5,627 nt of DNA, from the IMG/VR virus record IMGVR_UViG_3300017770_005808; one strand, written 5' to 3'. Source of the stretch: a virus. Under the pieces are notes generated by a model that searched no databases, had not been told where the DNA came from, and worked only from the letters and a program-made list of their open reading frames with translations. Numbering within the stretch: position 1 is the stretch's first letter; each line of letters opens with the position of its first letter. Shown one piece after another: positions 1-4,233 of the stretch. The position numbers and the translations under genes are program-made.

Positions 1-123
1 ATTTATTGCTTTCAAAAAACGGAACCACACTTCCGCCAATGCCCGTTTCGCCTTTATATGACCGGTTCAATTCTTCCATAGAACCGTTAAAACGATCAAA
101 CGCAAGCATTGGTACATAATGCG
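1..123. repeat. Terminal redundancy copy A, identical to 5505..5627; assembly overlap of a circular genome
   Basis: Aligned by eye, bases 1-123 (atttattgctttcaaaaaacgg...ggtacataatgcg) match 5505-5627 exactly. This gives a unit length of 5504 nt. The capsid ORF reads in frame through the junction. Confidence 0.95.
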
Positions 124-349
124 CCATAACATCTACACGTATACCATTCATCAACAGCTCGGCTGTTTCCATCATTTCTATATTCACCCGAACGCGCCCA
201 CGCTTTACTGCATCTTCGCGCAGCATCGGAATATATTTAATAGGCAAAGCAAAACCTGCGTCCGCTGACGTCAATACACGACCGCGATCGCGGCGCGTTG
301 ACCTTTGCACATTTATCGGTGCACTTGGCACCATTTCCGTCATTCGCAT
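1..349 (-). CDS. VP1: Major capsid protein, N-terminal portion (3'-partial in this copy; continues at 5504 downward through the circular junction)
   Basis: I translated the minus strand by hand upstream of the ATG at 109..107 (the same codon as 5613..5611). The frame stays open to an in-frame TAA at 367..365, and the first ATG is at 349..347. The product begins MRMTEMVPSAPINVQRSTRRDRGRVLTSADAGFALPIKYIPMLREDAVKRGRVRVNIEMMETAELLMNGIRVDVMAHYVPMLAFDRF. An AAGGA Shine-Dalgarno sits at 363..359, 9 nt upstream. The segment VDVMAHYVP resembles the conserved VDIFTFYVPHR region of phiX174 F and gokushovirus VP1 N-termini. Confidence 0.9.
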   Translation of the reverse strand, partial: MRMTEMVPSAPINVQRSTRRDRGRVLTSADAGFALPIKYIPMLREDAVKRGRVRVNIEMMETAELLMNGIRVDVMAHYVPMLAFDRFNGSMEELNRSYKGETGIGGSVVPFFESNK

Positions 350-420
350 TTCATTTTTTCCTTTTTATTCGTTTCACCATGGCAACAAACTTCTGCCGTA
401 TTTTCTTGCACTTTTTACAC

Positions 421-1200
421 TTACTTATATTGCGCATCTACCGCGCGACTGAACTGGCGCTGAAATCGCCATTCATCTAATTTTTGACCAACGTTTTTTC
501 CAAAATCAAAAAGCTTTGTTCCAGAATATTGCGATATACCGCCCGCTATAGCGCCAATATCCGCATCCTCTGGGTTCCAAGGTACAAAAATTGTATTACC
601 CATTGGTGTTACCAACGGATACAAACCTGCAGTCAACGTGTTATTAACATAACTTCCGTCGCCTGTTTTAGTCACTCGCACATCAACAGGTGTTTGTGCT
701 AAAACTTCGTCTAACGTTTTATCTGTACCAGGCAATAACATCGCTTCGCTTATTTTGCCTGTTGTATTTCCGACATTTGCACCAGCAGTTAAAACATTTC
801 CGGTAATAGTTGCACCGCCGGGCGTACCGGCTTGTTTTGACAATATTCCCGTATAACGCGTATTAGCCAAAGTGTTGCCAATATCCGCTTTCATACTTTT
901 TAAAGTCAAATCTCTTACTTGCTTGTTATATTTATCAATAGGCGCCTGCCTATATGCGTCAAATATACCCGCTGCCGCATTTCCAAACGCTGCCGCCTTT
1001 GAAATAGTCGGTAAACCTGTAAAACCTTGTCCACCAGTATTTCGCAAAACTGTTAACGGGTTAAAACCCGCACGTTGCGCCGCATTTCTCATACGTACAA
1101 ACTGGTTATCTTGATCTTTTATTGCTTGGCTTCGTTGTTGTTGCGCAGCTTTGTACGAAAACAAAGACCCAACCACCGCAGCTGCTATTTGTCCAAACAT
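421..1200 (-). CDS. VP2: DNA pilot / minor capsid protein (VP2, H-like)
   Basis: A 259-aa ORF preceded by a strong AGGAG Shine-Dalgarno (1214..1210) 9 nt before the ATG at 1200. It has a hydrophobic N-terminal helix (MFGQIAAAVVGSLFSY) and a Gln-rich stretch. It carries RNAAQRAGFNPLTVL, matching the AG(L/F)NP motif typical of gokushovirus VP2. The rest is Gly/Thr/Asn-rich. It lies directly upstream of the capsid gene. Confidence 0.85.
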   Translation of the reverse strand: MFGQIAAAVVGSLFSYKAAQQQRSQAIKDQDNQFVRMRNAAQRAGFNPLTVLRNTGGQGFTGLPTISKAAAFGNAAAGIFDAYRQAPIDKYNKQVRDLTLKSMKADIGNTLANTRYTGILSKQAGTPGGATITGNVLTAGANVGNTTGKISEAMLLPGTDKTLDEVLAQTPVDVRVTKTGDGSYVNNTLTAGLYPLVTPMGNTIFVPWNPEDADIGAIAGGISQYSGTKLFDFGKNVGQKLDEWRFQRQFSRAVDAQYK

Positions 1201-1220
1201 TATTTTTTACTCCTAATAAT

Positions 1221-1289
1221 TTCAATTACTGCTAAAACCGCAACAATGGCGCTTACAAATCCCCACAAAAAATATGGATTTGTTAACAT
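1221..1289 (-). CDS. Candidate 22-aa hydrophobic micropeptide (MLTNPYFLWGFVSAIVAVLASN)
   Basis: Hand translation. The ATG at 1289..1287 overlaps the TGA of the preceding 32-aa ORF (TGATG). The peptide is almost entirely hydrophobic. The stop TGA is at 1223..1221, just before the VP2 Shine-Dalgarno. There is only a weak GGA upstream. It is too short for the ORF track. Confidence 0.3.
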
Positions 1290-1387
1290 CACCATTTCCA
1301 ATCGAAATATATTGGACCGTATAACGCTACACTAATTACGGCTCCCATTACTGCTCCATGCAGCACGTTTACAAACGTTTTATTCAT
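1289..1387 (-). CDS. Candidate 32-aa single-pass membrane peptide (MNKTFVNVLHGAVMGAVISVALYGPIYFDWKW)
   Basis: Hand translation. The ATG at 1387..1385 overlaps the end of the 64-aa ORF (ATGAATAA). A GGAG sits at 1399..1396, 8 nt upstream. The layout is a short polar N-terminus, a hydrophobic core of about 20 residues, and an aromatic Trp-rich C-terminus. Confidence 0.4.
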   Translation of the reverse strand: MNKTFVNVLHGAVMGAVISVALYGPIYFDWKW

Positions 1388-1574
1388 CTCTTGCACTCCG
1401 CTCTAATTTAGACAAAATAAGATCTGCAAGAACACATAAAATCGTAATCGCAGCAGTTTCCACTTGCACCGCTTGCTCTTGTGCGATACCAACTCCAACC
1501 AACGTTCCGCCAATCATTGAACCTGCTCGGCGTATCAATGGTTTCAAAAATTCTCTAGCTATAATATTTATCAA
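1380..1574 (-). CDS. Small hydrophobic protein with a charged C-terminus (holin-like architecture); start uncertain
   Basis: A 64-aa ORF in the track. Its start is TTG (1574..1572) with a poor Shine-Dalgarno. An alternative ATG at 1517..1515 would give 45 aa (MIGGTLVG...). There are two hydrophobic stretches, GSMIGGTLVGVGIA and AAITILCVLADLIL, followed by the charged tail KLERSARDE. Confidence 0.5.
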   Translation of the reverse strand: MINIIAREFLKPLIRRAGSMIGGTLVGVGIAQEQAVQVETAAITILCVLADLILSKLERSARDE

Positions 1575-1608
1575 TTGGTCTCACATTGGAACTTTAACCA
1601 ACTTGTTC

Positions 1609-1626
1609 GCATAATATATATTATGC
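1609..1626. repeat. Perfect 18-nt AT-rich palindrome GCATAATATATATTATGC in the largest intergenic region
   Basis: All 9 positions are self-complementary when checked base by base. It sits inside the 151-nt non-coding gap between the Arg-rich ORF (ends 1726) and the 64-aa ORF (starts 1574). CAAC-containing sequence flanks it on both sides. Its function (origin, operator or promoter) is unknown. Confidence 0.6.
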
Positions 1627-1725
1627 AGTAGTTGTTTTTTTCCAACCCCTTACGTTTTTTGTTCTTGCTGTGTTATTGTTACAAACTTGTTTCGTACCTT
1701 GTCAAGCTTTGACACTAACTTTTTT

Positions 1726-2046
1726 TTAACACCACGGAATAAATTCTTTTCGACCTCTTCCACCGCCGTGCGGTTTATTGTTTTTTGGTCTATCCTTGCA
1801 CCTTACCCGCAGCCTTACGTCTGACCGTTCTTTTTTCACGGGGGTTTCTCGCTGGCGCTGTCTTCCGGTAGGGGAGGGTGCTGCAGCAACGCTTTCTACC
1901 AATACTGGTATACGTTTTAATTGTTGCCGCTGCCTTACTGTTGCTGCAACTTTTCTAACAACTCGCGTTGTACGTCTTCGTATAACTCCAGACGTTTGAT
2001 TTCTCCGTGTTCCACGTAATGATTTATTTCGTCTACGCTTCGCCAT
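1726..2046 (-). CDS. Arginine-rich small DNA-binding/packaging protein (J / VP8-like in function), overprinted on the VP4 3' end
   Basis: A 106-aa ORF that is extremely basic (runs of R/K such as MAKRRRNKSLRGTRRN, IRRRTTRVVRK, GGGRGRK). A GAGGA Shine-Dalgarno at 2057..2053 lies 6 nt before its only ATG (2046..2044). It overlaps VP4 codons by 112 nt in a different frame. Small highly basic DNA-condensing proteins are a hallmark of Microviridae. Confidence 0.7.
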   Translation of the reverse strand: MAKRRRNKSLRGTRRNQTSGVIRRRTTRVVRKVAATVRQRQQLKRIPVLVESVAAAPSPTGRQRQRETPVKKERSDVRLRVRCKDRPKNNKPHGGGRGRKEFIPWC

Positions 2047-2957
2047 TGTCCATCCTCATAAATTTCATTATCGTTCTTTTTACCGTGTATAACTATATCG
2101 CGTCCCGCATAATTTATCTCCATCAAAACGCCCATATCGATCGTTTGATTAAAATCTATCCACGGTTGTATATACTTTACGTCTTTATGATGTAATCGTT
2201 TCACTAATTCTTCGTCTGTATATTCCAATTTATAATTTGTTTCGTCCCATTCCTCAAAAAATTCACTAAACGGCTCTTTGCCGTATTTTTCTATCCATCC
2301 GTTTTTAAACGCGGCCATAAAATTTTCCCGCGTTTTTCCTTGCATCATAAAAACCTTTTCCGTGCCGTTATCTTTTCTTACGCCACCCACCTTATATTTA
2401 AACGAACGCGGTATCACCGCTTGCTCGACATGCGTTTCTGCTAGGTCCATAAAAAATTCATGGCCTAGTGGTGGTTTTTTGCTCATTGCAAGATGACTAT
2501 CGGCACTATCCAAATCAGTGTCTTTCAACACGTATTTCAATACGTACTGAAACCCTTTCCAATCTGGTTGCTGAAAATAACTGAACCCTTTGTGCCAGTA
2601 TTTCCAATCTACCCGTACGTTTTCTTTTATTTCTGGATATTTATCCTTAAAAAATAAAATTATGTGCCAATGGGCCCGGCCTTTCGCCGTGCCATATTCA
2701 CCCGCCACAATATACCGTACGTCGTAACGCTTTCTAAGCCGTTTCAAAAAATCTTGAACGTCTTTATAAACCAGCGTTACAGCGTTAACCCCTGCGTCGT
2801 TCGCATAGGTCAACGTTACTGCGTAGGTTTTCTTCGAATACCTACTTTCGGCAATGCATCGACCTACAAGGTCGTTCACTCTGTTTCTTTTGCATTGCCA
2901 ACATTTGCGACACGCTACCTCGGTTCCGTCATCTAATCTGTTTGGTGTCCTGCACAT
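1935..2957 (-). CDS. VP4: Rolling-circle replication initiation protein (HUH endonuclease; VP4 / protein A-like)
   Basis: A 340-aa ORF. Motif I is AVTLTY. Motif II (HUH) is RAHWHIILF, with HWH at 2672..2664. Motif III is YVLKYVLK, with two Tyr at 2546..2544 and 2534..2532, matching the YVAKYVNK pattern of phiX174 protein A. The N-terminal Cys cluster C-x13-CRKCWQC is as in gokushovirus VP4. A GAGG lies 12 nt upstream of the ATG at 2957. Confidence 0.95.
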   Translation of the reverse strand: MCRTPNRLDDGTEVACRKCWQCKRNRVNDLVGRCIAESRYSKKTYAVTLTYANDAGVNAVTLVYKDVQDFLKRLRKRYDVRYIVAGEYGTAKGRAHWHIILFFKDKYPEIKENVRVDWKYWHKGFSYFQQPDWKGFQYVLKYVLKDTDLDSADSHLAMSKKPPLGHEFFMDLAETHVEQAVIPRSFKYKVGGVRKDNGTEKVFMMQGKTRENFMAAFKNGWIEKYGKEPFSEFFEEWDETNYKLEYTDEELVKRLHHKDVKYIQPWIDFNQTIDMGVLMEINYAGRDIVIHGKKNDNEIYEDGQWRSVDEINHYVEHGEIKRLELYEDVQRELLEKLQQQ

Positions 2958-3024
2958 TTTCGCCGTTTACCTCGTCAGCGGTGTCACTAAATGCATATCC
3001 TAACAAGAAAGGTTGTATGCGTTC

Positions 3025-3069
3025 GGCAGAACGGAACTCCAATACGTGGAGTTTCCGTTCCGTTCTGCC
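3025..3069 (-). other. Strong stem-loop immediately after the peptidase stop codon (13-bp perfect stem, bulge, 3-bp extension)
   Basis: 3025-3037 (ggcagaacggaac) pairs perfectly with 3057-3069 (gttccgttctgcc). The inner tcc (3038-3040) pairs with gga (3048-3050) around the loop aatacgt. The right arm contains a tandem ttccg ttccg duplication, which allows slipped alternative pairings. No U-tract follows directly on the coding strand, so it is not a canonical intrinsic terminator. Confidence 0.6.
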
Positions 3070-3654
3070 TTAGTCGACTTCATCGACATAAATGGGACGT
3101 CCTATTTTCGGCTCGTCTTTACGAAGCCGCCAGTTTTTCAACTGCCAATGTGCTGGGTCGTAGAAATTCCAATCGCCACCCCAATCTAATTTAAGATTGC
3201 GTTTTCTTGCAATTTCTTTACCTATCGACCCAACAATGTCCCATTCTTTTTTGCTAAGGTTCCAATATCTTGTGGCGTGAACTATATCCACTGCACAACC
3301 ATATTGATGCGGTGAATTACCGCCCTTAGCTTTACTTCTCCCTTGCGCGTGTAATTCGTTTTGACGTTGCTCATCGCGCAACATTTCAAACGCTAAAACA
3401 GGTATGTTTCGCGCGCTGCATGCTTTAAGCATTGCTTTCCAAAAATCGACAATCTCAGGGTGTACACCCTCATATTGCGTTTCTGTTTGTTTTTGAATTA
3501 CATCTTTTCGCTTCAGGGCTTTTGCGTCTGCTAGTGCATACGCTGCTACCGTATAATCTTTATGAACAGGCTCATCCCTAAACCACGCCTGAACGCGATC
3601 TAGGAACTTCACCCATTTCATAAACTTATTCGGCGGTCGTTGCTCCTGTTGCAT
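3070..3654 (-). CDS. Zinc D,D- / L-Ala-D-Glu-type peptidase, family M15 (VanY-like phage endolysin fold); peptidoglycan hydrolase
   Basis: A 194-aa ORF. The signature is LRDEQRQNELHAQGRSKAKGGNSPHQYGCAVDIVH ... LKLDWGGDWNFYDPAHWQL. That is the SxHxxGxAxD (H-x6-D) plus WGGDW...D..H pattern of M15 peptidases. Putative Zn ligands are H116 (3309..3307), D123 (3288..3286) and H169 (3150..3148). An AGAGGG Shine-Dalgarno at 3665..3660 lies 5 nt before the ATG at 3654. It overlaps the upstream ORF by 29 nt. There is no N-terminal hydrophobic segment. Confidence 0.9.
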   Translation of the reverse strand: MQQEQRPPNKFMKWVKFLDRVQAWFRDEPVHKDYTVAAYALADAKALKRKDVIQKQTETQYEGVHPEIVDFWKAMLKACSARNIPVLAFEMLRDEQRQNELHAQGRSKAKGGNSPHQYGCAVDIVHATRYWNLSKKEWDIVGSIGKEIARKRNLKLDWGGDWNFYDPAHWQLKNWRLRKDEPKIGRPIYVDEVD

Positions 3655-4174
3655 CGTCGCCCTCTAATTGCTCACTCTGTGCCTCCGGCACTGGCTGTTG
3701 CTCCTGTTCGCTACTTTGCTGAGAAACTTGTTCCCTCAACTTTGCCAGTTCTGCGCGCTCGTCTGCCATCGCAGCGTCGCGTCGCTCTTCGTTTAATTTT
3801 ACCCACTTCATCATCCGCGCAAACTCATCGTTATTGCGTACCCGTGGCTCTATATTAACATAACTGTCTTTCTCAACTGGCGCCATACGTTGGTCAACGT
3901 CTCGGATGTTCACAAACACCGATGCGCCCTTTTCCGCTTTAATTTGCACCCAACTGCTTCCGACTGCTGTATATTCTACAGTCATTTTATCGTCCGCTGC
4001 GCCCTGCAATACGGCTTCTTTCATATCCGCATTGTCCGCCGCCCAAACTTCAATTTTTGAGTTTGCGTTTACTTGAAAAGTAACGCGCTTTGCTTTGCTA
4101 CTTTCAAATGCAATTACCGCTCCAGCTTTTACTTGTTGCCATTCTGTCAATGACCCATTCTTAAAGTGCTTCAT
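3626..4174 (-). CDS. Hypothetical 182-aa structural-module protein (beta-rich N-terminal half, helical middle, acidic Gln/Glu-rich tail); possible scaffold or spike/decoration protein
   Basis: A long ORF with a GGAG Shine-Dalgarno (4187..4184) 9 nt before the ATG at 4174, directly downstream of the capsid gene. The N-terminal ~95 aa show an alternating hydrophobic/polar pattern (VIAFESSKAKRVTFQVNANSKIEVWAA..., MTVEYTAVGSSWVQIKAEKGASVFVNI). A predicted helix follows (EFARMMKWVKLNEERRDAAMADERAELAKLREQ), then the tail SSEQEQQPVPEAQSEQLEGDD. I recognise no family signature. Confidence 0.75.
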   Translation of the reverse strand: MKHFKNGSLTEWQQVKAGAVIAFESSKAKRVTFQVNANSKIEVWAADNADMKEAVLQGAADDKMTVEYTAVGSSWVQIKAEKGASVFVNIRDVDQRMAPVEKDSYVNIEPRVRNNDEFARMMKWVKLNEERRDAAMADERAELAKLREQVSQQSSEQEQQPVPEAQSEQLEGDDATGATTAE

Positions 4175-4193
4175 TTCTTTCTGCTCCTTTTTG

Positions 4194-4227
4194 TTAAAAT
4201 GGGCGGGCAGGGGAGGACCACCCGCCC
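4194..4227 (-). terminator. Putative rho-independent terminator downstream of the capsid gene
   Basis: On the coding strand, 6 nt after the VP1 stop, the sequence reads GGGCGGG-TGGTCCTCCCCTG-CCCGCCC followed by ATTTTAA. This is a 7-bp all-GC stem (4221-4227 with 4201-4207), possibly extended by wobble pairs, then a short T-run (4199..4196). Attenuating terminators after capsid genes are known in phiX174-type phages. Confidence 0.5.
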
Positions 4228-4233
4228 GTCACA

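Noticed and set aside
1-123. The 123-nt identical ends as a biological direct terminal repeat, LTR or mobile-element boundary
   Set aside because: The capsid reading frame runs seamlessly through the junction, and the rest of the content is a complete microvirus gene set. The repeat is best explained as the overlap of a circular assembly, not a real duplication.
380-396. Possible hairpin ggca-acaaacttc-tgcc, with a CCATGG palindrome just upstream (376..381), between the VP2 stop and the VP1 start
   Set aside because: The stem is only 4 bp with a 9-nt loop, which is too weak to claim a structural or terminator element.
1584-1625. 13-codon minus-strand ORF starting at the ATG inside the palindrome (ATGCGAACAAGTTGG...)
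   Set aside because: It is very short and hydrophilic, has no Shine-Dalgarno, and ends at a TGA overlapping the TTG of the 64-aa ORF. It is most likely a chance ORF within a regulatory region.
3619-3621. Internal Met12 (ATG 3621..3619) as the peptidase start, which would avoid overlap with the 182-aa ORF
   Set aside because: No Shine-Dalgarno-like sequence precedes it, whereas the ATG at 3654 has AGAGGG at a 5-nt spacing. It cannot be fully excluded without experimental data.
1935-4174. A phiX174 E-like single-gene lysis protein embedded out of frame inside a larger gene
   Set aside because: Apart from the Arg-rich ORF, the six-frame track shows no same-strand embedded ORF of 60 aa or more. 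I saw no hydrophobic out-of-frame ORF while translating junction regions. Very short embedded ORFs cannot be excluded by eye.
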